The position numbers and the translations under genes are program-made. The notes under the pieces are model-generated. The model did no database searches. It had not been told where the DNA came from and saw only the letters and a program-made list of their open reading frames with translations. A stretch of 64,000 nucleotides of DNA from an uncultured Acidobacteriota bacterium (GTDB lineage: Bacteria; Acidobacteriota; Vicinamibacteria; Vicinamibacterales; SCN-69-37): NCBI GenBank assembly GCA_963780895.1, contig CAWAEG010000001.1:1114607-1178606 (forward strand). The letters are read 5' to 3'. Shown one piece after another: positions 1 through 10,742 of this stretch. The number at the start of each line of letters is the position of its first letter. Within the stretch, counting starts at the first letter, position 1.

Positions 1-382
1 GCTCCTGATCGATGAGGTGCAGGCGACCGGCCTCACGCCGCTGCAGCTCAAGGCCGAGTTGACGCAGGCGTACTCGAAGTTCTTCCAGGAGCCCATGATT
101 CTGGTCAATCCGAAAGAGATCAACAGCCGCAAGGTCGGCATCAGCGGCATGGTCTTCAAGTCGGGCGAGTATGCGATCAACGAACCGATGGACATCCTCC
201 AGCTCATCACGAGGGCCGGCGGGCTGCAGGAGTACGCGGACAAGTCGAATATCCGTCTGATCCGGCGGCACCCGGACGGGAAGATCGAGACCATCGTCTT
301 CAATTACAAGAAAGTCTTCGAAGGGAAAGGCCTGACCCATATTCCTCAGCTCAGGCCGGGCGATCAGGTGATCGTCCGGTAG
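1..382 (+). CDS. Polysaccharide export protein (Wza/SLBB type, PEP-CTERM-locus export family), C-terminal part; 5' end outside window
   Basis: Frame 2 is open from nt 2 with no upstream stop and ends at TAG 380-382. SLBB-like C-terminus (MDILQLITRAGGL...IRLIRR...LRPGDQVIV). First gene of an export/barrel/chain-length/ATPase/kinase block. Confidence 0.75.
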   Translation, partial: LLIDEVQATGLTPLQLKAELTQAYSKFFQEPMILVNPKEINSRKVGISGMVFKSGEYAINEPMDILQLITRAGGLQEYADKSNIRLIRRHPDGKIETIVFNYKKVFEGKGLTHIPQLRPGDQVIVR

Positions 383-1804
383 TGGATTTCGTGCGCGCCC
401 TCATCTTCTCTCTCGTCGCCGCCGCTGCGGTGTTGACTGCCGGGCCGGCGTACGCCCGGCAGCAGCCGTCGCCGCAACAACCGGACCCGAGCGAGCCGAT
501 CCGCGTCTTCACTCAGCGGCCGTATCGGGGCGTTTTCGGCGGCGGCTACAGCGAGACCGAGCAATTGCTGACGCTGGGACTGAACATGGGCGGCGGCTTC
601 GACTCGAGCGTGTTTGTGGACAACCGTCCGAACACGAATCCAACGGTCCCAACGGTCCCAACGCCCCCAACGACTCCGGTGACCCCGGTGAGTCCGGTGA
701 GCCGCGACGAGAGCGGATTCGTATCGGGCTCCGCGAGCCTTTCGTACAGGCTCAACAGGGAGTCGCTGTCGTTTTCGGCGGGTGCCGGCGGCGCGTACCT
801 CGTACTACCCGGGGATCAACGAACCGGGCGCCCGCCGCTACTACGCCGACGCTGGTGCGTCGTGGCTCATGTCGACCCGTACGGCCTTGTCAGGTGGGTT
901 TGCGGTCTCGTACCAGCCCATGTACCATCTGTCGCCTCTGCCGGGCGTCGTCGATCCCAACCTTGGCCCCGGCAATCCGTTCGACGCGACGATCGGCTCC
1001 CACGCGGAGACCTACCGCAACGAGAACGCCGATGTTCGCTTGGGCTACGCCATCAATCGCCGGATTGGCGCCTCGTTCGGCTACGGCATGTGGCGCCTGG
1101 TGTCGCCGGATGGCGATCGTGACAGCGCCAGTCACGGCGCCTCGGCGCGGGTCTCGTTCGGACTGACACGCGGGCTCGGGTTCCACACGTCCTACCAGTT
1201 CACGGCTTCGCGGTTCGAGGGTGCCGCGACGGTGTCGCCCGCGGCGGTGTCGCGATACACGAACCACAACGTCGATTTCGGTCTTTACTTCGGCCGGGCG
1301 CTCTCGCTCACGCGCAAGACGACCATGACGTTTGCCACGGGGACCTCGACGGTGACCGACGGCAATAGCACCCACTTCGGGCTGGTCGGGAATGTGCGTG
1401 TCGGGTACGAACTCGCGCGCACCTGGAGTCTCTCCGCGTGGTATGCGCGCGATGTCCAGTTCGTCCAGGCGTTCCTTCAGCCGGTTTCCACCGACACCGC
1501 TTCGGTGCAGTTCGGCGGATTGATCAGCCGCCGGCTGCGGTTCGACGCCGAGAACGGGTATGCCTTCGGAAGGGTCGGATTCGGGACGCGAAACAACGAT
1601 TACCGGGCGCTGTCGGTATCGTCCGGGCTGGGCATGGCCATCAACCGGCACCTGAACGCCGGCGTGCGGTATTTGTACACGCGCTATCACTTCGGGAGCG
1701 CCGTGGACGTCCCCCTGGACATGACGTTTCAGACGAATCGACACGCCGTGAACGCCTATCTTTCAAGCTGGCTTCCCCTCTTTTCCCGCTCGAGGAGACC
1801 CTGA
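382..1804 (+). pseudogene. Outer-membrane beta-barrel protein of PEP-CTERM-type EPS loci, interrupted by one +1 frame disruption near nt 785-795 (true frameshift or assembly indel)
   Basis: GTG 382 overlaps the upstream TAG. Signal peptide MDFVRALIFSLVAAAAVLTAGPAYA. Reading passes from frame 1 to frame 2 (...LSFSAGAGGA|RTSYYPGINEPG...). Alternating beta-strand pattern runs to the C-terminus. 1423 nt = 3n+1. Confidence 0.6.
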
Positions 1805-3369
1805 TGCTGCCCGGCAAGATATACACGCCTGACGAGGTGTTGCGGATCGCCAAGAAGCGGATCTGGTTCGTCATCGTTCCGTTCGCGCTCGTCGCAGCGG
1901 GGACCGCCGTCGTCTCCAAGATGCTGCCGGACATGTACATGGCCGAGACGACGATCCTCACCGTCCCGCAGCGCATTCCGGAGGACTACGTCAAGTCCAC
2001 CATCACGATGCGCATCGAAGATCGGATGCAGACGATCAAGCAGCAGCTCTACAGCCGCACGCTGCTCGAGGCCACGATCAAGGAGTTCAACCTCTATCCC
2101 GACCTGCGCAGGGCCGGCACGCCGATGGAGGACATCGTCGGCAAGATGCGCGGCGAACTCAAAACGGAAGTCTACAAGGGCGAGGCGTTCCGCATCTGGT
2201 ACGTCGGCTACGACCCGAGCACGGTCATGAAGGTCGTCGAGCGTCTGACGAGCACCTTCATCGGCCAGAGTTTCAAAGACCGCTCGGCGATCGCCGAGAG
2301 CACCAACCAGTTCCTCGAGCAGGCGGCCCTGGACGCGCGCCGGCGGCTGCTCGAGCAGGAAAAGAAACTGGAGGGGTACAACCAGCTGCACTCCGGCGAG
2401 CTGCCGACGCAGCAGCCGGCGAACATGCAGGCGGTTTTGAACCTCCAGGTGCAGATTCGCTCCGTGCTGACCCAGATTGAAACGGCGCAGGATCGCCGGC
2501 AGAACCTGGAGCGGGACCTTTCCGACACCCAGATGATGATGGAGCTGTTCCCGCCGCCGCCCCCGCCGACAACCGGCGGAGCGGCCCTGGGCACGGCGAC
2601 TCAGAGGCTCGCGGCGAAACGCGCGGACCTCGCCAACGCCCATGCCAAAAAGTACACCGACGAGCATCCCGAGGTTCGTACGATTCGGCGTGACATCGCG
2701 GAACTCGAGAAACTGGTCGAAGCCGAGGCCCTGCAGCAGACGGTAACCCCGACGAAGCCGATCCCGATCACCCCCGGCCAGTTCGTGCAGCAGAAGCAGA
2801 TCGAAGGCAAACAGCTTCAGATACAGGCCTACACGAAGCAGATTGCCGATCTGCAGACCGAGGAGAGGCGGCTGCGGCAGCTCGCCGGGACGTACCAGTA
2901 CCGCGTGGACATGGCGCCGGCTCGCGCCTCGGAGCTCGTCGAATTGACGCGCGACTACGGGACGGTTCAGGGGCTCTACTCGAGCTTGCTCTCCAAGATG
3001 GAGGAATCGAAACTGGCCGCCGAAGTCGAGCAGCGCCAGATCGGCGAACAGTTCAAGCTGCTCGATCCGGCGCGCCTGCCTGAGAAGCCGTTCAAGCCGA
3101 ACCGCCAGCTGATCAACCTCGGCGGCGCGGTCGTCGGCTTTGGCCTCGGCATCCTGCTCGTCACGCTGCTCGAATGGCGGGACTCCAGCTTCCGGACCGA
3201 CGACGAGGTCTCGAGCGTGCTAACCCTGCCGGTGCTTGCGGTCGTGCCGCTCATGCAATCGGACGACGATCGCGCCCGCGAGAAGAGACGCAGACTGGTC
3301 ATGAACGTGGGACTGGGCAGCACGGTGATCGGATGTCTGGCCGTGCTGGTCTACACCCTGGTGCGTTAA
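1804..3369 (+). CDS. Polysaccharide chain-length determinant (Wzz/GumC-type, PCP family, PEP-CTERM-locus subfamily)
   Basis: ATG 1804 overlaps the upstream TGA (TGATG). N-terminal TM (IWFVIVPFALVAAGTAVV), long coiled-coil periplasmic region, C-terminal TM (LINLGGAVVGFGLGILLVTLL). The track ORF extension 1438-1803 overlaps the barrel gene and was trimmed. Confidence 0.85.
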   Translation: MLPGKIYTPDEVLRIAKKRIWFVIVPFALVAAGTAVVSKMLPDMYMAETTILTVPQRIPEDYVKSTITMRIEDRMQTIKQQLYSRTLLEATIKEFNLYPDLRRAGTPMEDIVGKMRGELKTEVYKGEAFRIWYVGYDPSTVMKVVERLTSTFIGQSFKDRSAIAESTNQFLEQAALDARRRLLEQEKKLEGYNQLHSGELPTQQPANMQAVLNLQVQIRSVLTQIETAQDRRQNLERDLSDTQMMMELFPPPPPPTTGGAALGTATQRLAAKRADLANAHAKKYTDEHPEVRTIRRDIAELEKLVEAEALQQTVTPTKPIPITPGQFVQQKQIEGKQLQIQAYTKQIADLQTEERRLRQLAGTYQYRVDMAPARASELVELTRDYGTVQGLYSSLLSKMEESKLAAEVEQRQIGEQFKLLDPARLPEKPFKPNRQLINLGGAVVGFGLGILLVTLLEWRDSSFRTDDEVSSVLTLPVLAVVPLMQSDDDRAREKRRRLVMNVGLGSTVIGCLAVLVYTLVR

Positions 3370-3372
3370 CCG

Positions 3373-4422
3373 ATGTACGAACAATTCTACGGTTTGCGGG
3401 AACGGCCCTTCGACCTCACGCCGAATCCGCGGTTCCTCGTCCTCACGGAATCGCACAAAGAGGCGTTGGCCAATCTCGAATACGGCATCGGCAGCCGGAA
3501 AGGCGTCACGCTGCTCGTCGGCGAAGCGGGATCGGGCAAGACCACGATGATCCGCGCAGCCGTCGACAAGATGCCCGCCCGCGTGCACTGCGTACACCTG
3601 CACAACCCGACCCTGTCGCGGACCGAGTTCGTCGAGATGCTCGCCGCCCGGTTCGGGTTGTCGGATGAAGCGTCGCAGTCCAAGGCGGCCATGCTCATCG
3701 AGCTGGAGGCGCTCCTGCGCGCGCGGCGCGCGAGCGGCGAGACCAGCGTGCTGGTCGTGGACGAAGCTCAGAGCCTGCCGGCCGAGCTGCTCGAGGAAAT
3801 CCGGCTGCTGGCCAATATCGAGACGAACGACGAGAAGCTGCTCTCACTCATCATCGCCGGTCAGCCGGAGCTGGCCGAGCGGCTGAACGATCAGTCGCTG
3901 CGGCAGCTGAAGCAGCGCATCGCGCTGCGCTGCGAGTTGCAGCCGCTTTCGGCGCAGGAAACTGCCGGATACCTCGCCGGCCGCATCCGGGCCGCGGGCG
4001 GCACGGGCGCCAGGGTGTTCACGCGCGAAGCGGTCGCACTCATTCACGAACGGTCGCTGGGTATTCCGCGCACCATCAGCGTGATCGCCGACAACGCGCT
4101 CGTGGGCGGGCTGGCCGCCGGGCAACGACCGGTGGGCAGCGAGCTCGTGCGTGAAATCTGCAGGGACTTCGACCTGAAGGGCACGCTCGGGCGCGCGATG
4201 GCCCAGACGGTGCCCGCCGAAATCGACGGCGCCAGGCCGGCGGCGGCCGCCACGAATGGAGGTGACGGCACGGGTCAGTCCGCGCTGTTGGACCTCGCAG
4301 ATCGTCTTCGCTACGCGCCGCGACCGACGGCGCCAGCGGCGGGCAACAAGCCAGCCACCCATGGCTTTTTCGCTCCCGGCACGGCGAAGCGCAGAAAGTT
4401 GCTCTCTTTTTTTCGGGGCTGA
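3373..4422 (+). CDS. ExeA-like AAA ATPase (putative secretion ATPase, PEP-CTERM-locus subfamily)
   Basis: N-terminus MYEQFYGLRERPFDLTPNPRF. Walker A GEAGSGKT and Walker B VLVVDEAQ. Conserved position after the chain-length gene. Confidence 0.85.
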   Translation: MYEQFYGLRERPFDLTPNPRFLVLTESHKEALANLEYGIGSRKGVTLLVGEAGSGKTTMIRAAVDKMPARVHCVHLHNPTLSRTEFVEMLAARFGLSDEASQSKAAMLIELEALLRARRASGETSVLVVDEAQSLPAELLEEIRLLANIETNDEKLLSLIIAGQPELAERLNDQSLRQLKQRIALRCELQPLSAQETAGYLAGRIRAAGGTGARVFTREAVALIHERSLGIPRTISVIADNALVGGLAAGQRPVGSELVREICRDFDLKGTLGRAMAQTVPAEIDGARPAAAATNGGDGTGQSALLDLADRLRYAPRPTAPAAGNKPATHGFFAPGTAKRRKLLSFFRG

Positions 4423-4434
4423 GGAGCGATCCTG

Positions 4435-5532
4435 ATGGGCCGGTTGACCGAGGCGTTGCGTCGTGCCGCTGATGCGGCGGGCCAGGAACCGCGCGATGCC
4501 AATGACACCCCTGCCACGCCGGCGGGGGCGATGAATGACGCGACGGACGACCTGTTCCCCATCGAGTTCGCCGACTCGGGGCCGGAGAGAGCGGACGCTC
4601 TGGCTGGCGTCGCCGCCGAGCCGGCCGGCGGAGCCGTGGTGGTGCCATCCGCGCCGCCGCCGGTCGTGGTGGCCGCGCCGGCCGTCGAACCGCCGTCCGC
4701 GGCGCCGGCCGCGACTCCGCAGATCTCCGTCGCAGCATCCGGCAACGGATCCGCGCGCCAGGAGCCGCCGCCGGTCCCGCTGGACGAGCCGCGGGCCATC
4801 GGGCGGCAGACCGAGCTGTTCGAACGCCTGGACGCGACGCTCGCCCAGAAAGTCGTCGTGGATCAGAACATCATGCCGGTGTCGCGCGAACAGTACCGGC
4901 GGCTCGCGGCGACGCTGCACCACGCCCAGGAGGACGCGGGCGTCAAAGTGGTGCTCGTCGCGAGCGCGGTCGTCGGGGAGGGCAAGACCCTGACGGCGTC
5001 GAACCTCGCGCTGACGTTGAGCGAGTCCTATCAGCGCACCGTCCTGCTCATTGATGGCGATTTCCGCCGGCCGGCGCTGCACATCGTGTTCAACATCGAC
5101 GCGCCGTCGGGACTGAGCGAAGGGCTCATGTCGGTCGTGGAACAGAAGCTTCCGCTGTACCGCGTGTCGCAGCGGTTGACGATCCTGCCGGCAGGCAGGC
5201 CCAGTTCGGACCCGATGGCCGGCCTGACGTCCAACCGCATGCGCCGCGTGATTCAGGAAGCGCGCGAAGCGTTCGACTGGGTGATCATCGACACGCCGCC
5301 GGTCGGGTTGTTGCCCGACGCGAACCTGCTCGCGACGATGGTCGACGGCGCCGTGCTCGTCGTCCGGGCCAACTCGACGCCGTATCACCAGGTGATGCGC
5401 GCGATCGACGCGCTCGATCGCGACCGGCTGCTCGGCGTCGTGCTCAATTCCGTGGCGGCGGCGAACGGGTCGTCGCACAACTATTACTCCTACTATCACG
5501 GCGCCCGGACGCAGACGCTCGACAATCGGTAA
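4435..5532 (+). CDS. Exopolysaccharide tyrosine autokinase (BY-kinase, CpsD/CapB type)
   Basis: Walker A-like VGEGKT, LLIDGDFRRP, VIIDTPP. C-terminal Tyr cluster SSHNYYSYYHG. Ala/Pro-rich N-terminal region. Split PCP/kinase arrangement with the gene at 1804-3369. Confidence 0.85.
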   Translation: MGRLTEALRRAADAAGQEPRDANDTPATPAGAMNDATDDLFPIEFADSGPERADALAGVAAEPAGGAVVVPSAPPPVVVAAPAVEPPSAAPAATPQISVAASGNGSARQEPPPVPLDEPRAIGRQTELFERLDATLAQKVVVDQNIMPVSREQYRRLAATLHHAQEDAGVKVVLVASAVVGEGKTLTASNLALTLSESYQRTVLLIDGDFRRPALHIVFNIDAPSGLSEGLMSVVEQKLPLYRVSQRLTILPAGRPSSDPMAGLTSNRMRRVIQEAREAFDWVIIDTPPVGLLPDANLLATMVDGAVLVVRANSTPYHQVMRAIDALDRDRLLGVVLNSVAAANGSSHNYYSYYHGARTQTLDNR

Positions 5533-5540
5533 CAGGCGCC

Positions 5541-6923
5541 ATGCACCGGCTCACGATTCGCTCGCTCACGCTCGTCGTGTTTGAGACCGTGCTGATCGTG
5601 GCGGCGGTCGCCGCCGCGGCATACATCCGGCTCGGCGACTGGGCGTGGGTGATCCTCGTTCAGGAAAACGGCGCGGCCAAGACGCTCCTCGCCGCCGGCG
5701 TCGCGCAGGCGTGCCTCTATTACGCCGATCTCTATGACCTGCGCATCGCGGCCGACCGGCCGGAGCTCTTCGTCCGCATCGTGCAGGCCCTGGGCGCCGC
5801 GTCGTTCATCCTCGCGGTCATCTACTTCTGGTTTCCAGCGCTGATCATCGGCCGCGGCGTCTTCGTGATCGCGGCGTTCCTGGTGATCACGTTCGTCATC
5901 ACCTGGCGGCTCGCCTTCGTGTGGATGAGCGGGTACCTGGGCCCGCGCGAACGGCTGCTCCTCGTGGGCACCAGCCCGGCCGCGGTCAGCCTCGCGCGTG
6001 AGCTGCACGAGCACCGGCACGAGCTCGGCGTGGAGATCGTCGGCTTCGTGGACGCCGATCCGCGGCTCGTGGGGACACCCGTCGTGAACCCCGGCGTGAT
6101 CGGCCTCATTGACGACATTCCGTCGATCGTCCGCGACAAATCGGTCGACCGCGTGGTGGTGAGCCTGTCGGACGCGCGAGGCAAGCTGCCGATGGAGAAG
6201 CTCCTCGAGATGAAGCTCGACGGCGTGACGTTCGACCATCTCGCGTCGGTCTACGAGGAGTTCATGGGCAAGATCGCCGTCGAGAATCTCCGGCCCAGCT
6301 GGCTGATTTTCTCGTCGGGCTTCCGCAAGAGCCGCATCCACGCCGCGAGCAAGCGTGCCGTGGACATCGTGGTCTCGGTCCTCGCGCTGGCTCTTGGCCT
6401 GCCCGTCATGGCCGTGATCGCGCTCGCCGTCAGGCTGACGTCGGACGGTCCCGTGATCTATCACCAGCGGCGCGTCGGCCACCTCGGCCACATCTTCGAC
6501 GTGCACAAGTTCCGGACGATGCGGGCCGACGCGGAGGCGACGACCGGCCCCGTCTGGGCGTCGAAGGAAGGCGACACCCGCGTCACCTCGATCGGCCAGT
6601 GGCTCAGGCGGGCTCGCCTGGACGAGCTGCCCCAGTTCTGGAACGTCCTGAAAGGCGAGATGAGCCTCGTCGGACCTCGCCCGGAGCGTCCCGAGTTCGT
6701 CGAGGACCTCACCCGGCTCATTCCGTACTACGGCCAGCGGCACGTCGTCCGGCCCGGAATCACCGGCTGGGCACAAGTGCGCTATACCTACGGCGCGAGC
6801 ACCGAGGACGCGCTGCAGAAGCTGCAGTACGACCTCTACTACATCAAGAACTCGTCGATCGCGCTCGACGTCTTCATCATCTTCGACACGATCAAGACGG
6901 TCATCCGGCGAAAGGGCGCCTGA
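5541..6923 (+). CDS. Initiating polyprenyl-phosphate sugar-1-phosphate transferase (WbaP/EpsB type, PEP-CTERM system associated)
   Basis: N-terminal TM helices and a C-terminal bacterial sugar transferase domain (KFRTM...DELPQFWNVLKGEMSLVGPRPERPEF...GITGWAQV). Confidence 0.9.
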   Translation: MHRLTIRSLTLVVFETVLIVAAVAAAAYIRLGDWAWVILVQENGAAKTLLAAGVAQACLYYADLYDLRIAADRPELFVRIVQALGAASFILAVIYFWFPALIIGRGVFVIAAFLVITFVITWRLAFVWMSGYLGPRERLLLVGTSPAAVSLARELHEHRHELGVEIVGFVDADPRLVGTPVVNPGVIGLIDDIPSIVRDKSVDRVVVSLSDARGKLPMEKLLEMKLDGVTFDHLASVYEEFMGKIAVENLRPSWLIFSSGFRKSRIHAASKRAVDIVVSVLALALGLPVMAVIALAVRLTSDGPVIYHQRRVGHLGHIFDVHKFRTMRADAEATTGPVWASKEGDTRVTSIGQWLRRARLDELPQFWNVLKGEMSLVGPRPERPEFVEDLTRLIPYYGQRHVVRPGITGWAQVRYTYGASTEDALQKLQYDLYYIKNSSIALDVFIIFDTIKTVIRRKGA

Positions 6924-6970
6924 CCGTGGCGGCGGCCGTCCAGGCCTCGGCGGGCGATGTCGTGAACGCG

Positions 6971-7839
6971 ATGAGCGTCGACGTCGAGGACTACTTCCAC
7001 GTCAACGCGTTCGACGGCGTGGTCCCCCGCGATCGCTGGGAAAATCTCGAGAGCCGTGTGACCCGCAACACCGAGCGGCTGCTCGGCCTGTTCGAGGCCG
7101 GTGGTGTCACGGCCACGTTCTTCGTCCTCGGCTGGGTCGCGGAACGGTTTCCGTCTCTCGTCGCGGCCATTGCGAAACAGGGTCACGAGGTCGCGTCGCA
7201 CGGCTACGCGCATCGGCTGATCTACAACCAGACGCGCGAGGCGTTCCGGGACGACGTCCGGCGCGCGAAAGCATCTGCTCGAATCGGCCACGGGCGTCCA
7301 CGTGGATGGCTATCCGCGCGCCCAGCTACTCGGTCACCGAGCAGACGCTCTGGGCGCTCGACGTGCTGATCGAAGAAGGGTACCGCTACGACGCCAGCAT
7401 CTTTCCGATCCGGCACGACCGGTACGGCATGCCGTCGTCGCCTCGCCACCCGCACGTCCTCACACGAGACGGCGGCTCGCTGGTCGAGGCGCCTGCCTCT
7501 ACCGTTCGCTGGGCCGGGATGAACCTTCCCGTCGCCGGCGGCGGCTATTTCCGCATCTTTCCGTATGCGTGGACGCGGTGGGGCATCGGCCGGATCAACA
7601 GGCGTGAGGGGCGTCCGGCCATCTTCTATCTGCACCCGTGGGAGATCGATCCGGCGCAGCCACGGTTCAACGCCGGGTTCGTCAGCCGGTTCCGTCATTA
7701 CCGCAACCTGGACAAGACCGAGGCGCGGCTGCGCCGGCTGCTGCGCGATTTCCGGTTCTCGACCGTGCGGCGCGTGCTGGCGACCGTTCATCCGGAAGCG
7801 GCGGGCGCTCCGACGGCGCTGCGCCTGGCGGGACGCTGA
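6971..7839 (+). pseudogene. Polysaccharide deacetylase (PEP-CTERM-locus subfamily) with two +1 frame disruptions
   Basis: ATG 6971 (GTG 6926 also possible). Frame 2 (...AFRDDVRRAK) shifts to frame 3 at ~7270 (HLLESATGVHVDGY) and to frame 1 at ~7313 (RAPSYSVTEQTLW...), ending at TGA 7837-7839. Motifs NAMSVDVEDYFHVNAF and SHGYAH. 869 nt = 3n+2. Confidence 0.7.
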
Positions 7840-7846
7840 GGCCGCG

Positions 7847-8890
7847 ATGACGCCGTACACCGAGCTCGCGCCCGCACCCGTGTCGCCGGACTTCTTCACG
7901 CCCGCGACGCTGCCGGCGAACACTCGTCCGCAGCTGTTCGTGATCGTCGACACCGAAGAAGAGTTCGACTGGTCCGCGCCGTTTTCGCGGGGCGCCGTCG
8001 GCGTCACGGCCATTCAGGAAGTCGGCCGGCTGCAGCACGTTCTCACGCCGTACGGCGTGGCGCCGACCTACGTCATCGATTATCCGGTGGCGACGACGCC
8101 GTCGTCGGTCGCGCGCCTCGGTGAATTTGCGGTCCGCGGCGAGTGTCACATCGGCGCGCACATGCACCCCTGGGTGAACCCTCCTTACGTCGAGGAACTG
8201 ACCCGCTCGACGAGCTATGCCTGCAACCTGGGCTACGACCTCGAGCACGACAAGATCGCGCAGCTGCGCGGAGCGATCGTCGAGCATCTCGGCGTCGTCC
8301 CGCGCGTCTACAAGGCCGGCCGGTACGGGTTCGGCCAGACGACGGCGGAGATTCTCGAGTCGATCGGGTTCGACGTGGACGCGAGCGTGAATCCGCACAT
8401 GGATTTCCGCGCCGACGGCGGCCCGTCGTTCGAAGGCTTCTCGGCCGAGCCTTCGTTCTTCGGCAAGCGGCGCCGGCTGCTGGAGCTGCCGTGCACGATG
8501 GGCTTCGTCGGGCGCGGCCCGGCGCATGGGCCCTGCCCTGCACCGAGCCGCGTCGACCCGCTGGCTCGAGCCGCTGCGCGCGGTCGGCGTCCTGGCGCGG
8601 AGCGGCGCGCTGAACAAGGTGATGCTCTCGCCCGAGGGCAACACGTGCGCCGAGATGCAGTGCGCTGACCGAGGCGCTCCATCAGGACGGCGTCCGCACG
8701 TTTTCACTGACGCTGCACAGCCCGAGTCTCAAGCCTGGCTGCACGCCGTACGCGACGTCGGCCGCCGAGCGCGACGCGCTGCTCGGGACGATCGATCGGT
8801 ACTGCGACTACTTTTTCGGCAAGCTCGGCGGCGTGGCCGGCACACCGGCCGGCCTGTTCGATCAGATCGCACGAGGAATCGCTGTCATGA
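7847..8890 (+). pseudogene. WalW-type polysaccharide deacetylase-like protein with two or three +1 frame disruptions
   Basis: ATG 7847. Frame 2 shifts to frame 3 at ~8525 and to frame 1 at ~8660. Motifs FVIVDTEEEFDWSAPF, IGAHMHPWVNPP, YKAGRYGFG, LHSPSLKPGCTPY. No in-frame stop before ATG 8887; TGA 8888-8890 lies in frame 2, so the 3' end is uncertain. Confidence 0.55.
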
Positions 8891-10732
8891 AAGTGCTTGG
8901 GCTCTCCCCCCTGGACAAGGACTCGACCGTCACCCTCGTCGAGGACGGCGCGATCACGTACGCCGCCGCGGAAGAGCGGTTCACGCGCGTCAAGCTGCAG
9001 GACGGGTTCCCGTGGCACGCGCTCGACAGCGCGCTCGAGACGACGGGCACGCAGATCGGCGAGATCGACCGCGTGGTCTATCCGTTCCTGACCTTCGACG
9101 AGGAGACGCGGCTGTTCGAGCGGAACCTGGCGAAGGAGCGCGACTTTCTCGACGAGACGGAGGCGGGCGCGACGGCCGACGAGCTGCGCGAGCGCGCGGG
9201 CGCGCGTTCCCGCGGGCCGGCCGCCGGTCCCGGGCCTGCGCCGATCCGAACGAGCGGATGGAGAAGGGCCTGCTCAAGAGCCTCGCGTACCGCGTCCTCG
9301 CGAGCGAGGGCGTCGTGTCGCGCAACGTCGCCAAGCGCGGCTCCGAGCGGTGGGGCCGCGATGCCTCGGCGTTCCACATGCGGTGGCAGCAGGAGCTCGA
9401 AGCCGGCGCTCGACGGAGCTCGGGCTGGCCGGCAAGCTCAAGCGCGTCGAGCACCACGTCAGCCACGCCGCCAACGCGTATTTCACCAGCGGCTTCGACG
9501 AGGCGCTGATCGTCACGCTCGACGGCTACGGGTCGGGCCTGTCCGGCAGCGTGAGCATCGGCCGCGGCGGCCGCATCGAGCGGATTCACGGTCAGGAGTA
9601 CCCGCACTCGCTCGGCACGTTCTACGAATCGGTGACGTCGGCGCTCGGGTTCACAGCCGAGCCGCCACGAGGGCAAGATCGTCGGCCTCGCGGCCTACGG
9701 CGACCCCGCGGTGCTCGGCGACGTGCTGCGGCGCCGGTTCGTGCAGAACAACGGCGGCTTCCGCATCGTCGAGACGAACAACATCTACTTCGCGCGGACT
9801 GCTGGCGACGCAGTTCCCGAAGATCGACGTCGCGGCGGCCTACCAGCGCGTGCTCGAGGAAGTCGCCACCGCGTACGTCTCGCAGTACGTGCGGAAGACC
9901 GGGCTCCGCAACCTCGTGCTGTCCGGCGGCGTCGTCGCCAACGTCAAGCTGAACCAGCGGCTCCGGGAGATCGACGGCGTCGAGCGGCATCTTCATCCAT
10001 CCGAACATGGGCGACGGCGGCTGCGGCACCGGCGCCGCGCTGCTCGAGTTCGCCGGGCAGGCGCAGACCTGCGCCGGCGGCTCGATCGACGTCTATCTCG
10101 GGCCCGGCGTTCTCGAGCGGCGAGATCGCCGACGCGCTCGACGCGCGCGCAGCTGCCGTTCACGCGAGTACCGGCCGATCGAGCCCAAGGTCGCGATGCT
10201 GCTGGCGGCCGGCAAGGTCGTGGCGCGCTTCGACGGGCGCATGGAGTACGGCCCGCGCGCGCTCGGCCACCGGTCGATCCTCTACCACGCGAAGGAGCCG
10301 GCCGTGAACCAGTGGCTGAACCAGCGGCTGGGCCGCACGGAGTTCATGCCGTTCGCGCCGGCGACGCTGTACGAGCATCGCGACGCCTGCTACCAGAACA
10401 TCGACGGCGCCGAGTACGCCGCGCGAGTTCATGACGCTCACGTTCGACTGCACGGACGCGATGAAGCGCGACTGTCCGGCCGCGGTCCACGTCGACGGCA
10501 CGGCGCGGCCGCAGCTCGTGTCGCGCGGAGTCGAGCCCGGGCTTCCACCGGATCCTGACGGAGTACCACAAGCTCACCGGGCATCCCGTCGGTCATCAAC
10601 ACCAGCTTCAACATGCACGAGGAGCCGATCGTCTGCACGCCGGACGACGCGATCCGCGCGTTCCTGCAGGGGAATCTCGACTACCTCGCCATCGGCGATT
10701 TCCTCGTCGAGCACCCTTCGGCGCGGCAGTAA
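8887..10732 (+). pseudogene. Carbamoyltransferase (NodU/CmcH family), paralog 1, broken by 13 successive +1 frame disruptions
   Basis: ATG 8887 to TAA 10730-10732. 1846 nt = 3x611+13. The protein reconstructs only by stepping +1 frame at about 9195, 9243, 9410, 9420, 9665, 9795, 9985, 10105, 10145, 10165, 10425, 10540 and 10590. Motifs AAEERFTRVK, VEHHVSHAANAY, LDGYGSG, HEGKIVGLAAYG, LSGGVVANVKLN, IHPNMGDGGCGTGAAL, GRMEYGPRALGHRSIL, EFMPFAP, VDGTARPQ, INTSFNMHEEPIVCTP. Confidence 0.75.
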
Positions 10733-10742
10733 ACCAGCGTCG

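Noticed and set aside
1438-1803. N-terminal extension of the chain-length determinant ORF, and similar extensions at 24743-24862, 26120-26431, 26716-26985, 27890-28330, 30123-30656, 45579-46049, 51741-52127, 54741-54878 and 62734-62826.
   Set aside because: The extensions overlap the preceding gene, are Arg/Pro-rich and lack homology-like sequence. Internal ATG/GTG codons forming ATGA/GTGA overlaps give N-termini typical of the families.
8526-10558. Overlapping plus-strand ORFs (8526-9509, 8833-10434, 9350-9952, 9711-10307, 10007-10558, 10431-11492) considered as separate genes.
   Set aside because: Each contains only a short stretch of carbamoyltransferase-like sequence flanked by Arg-rich nonsense. 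Joined in order they give one collinear carbamoyltransferase, so they are fragments of a single frame-disrupted gene.
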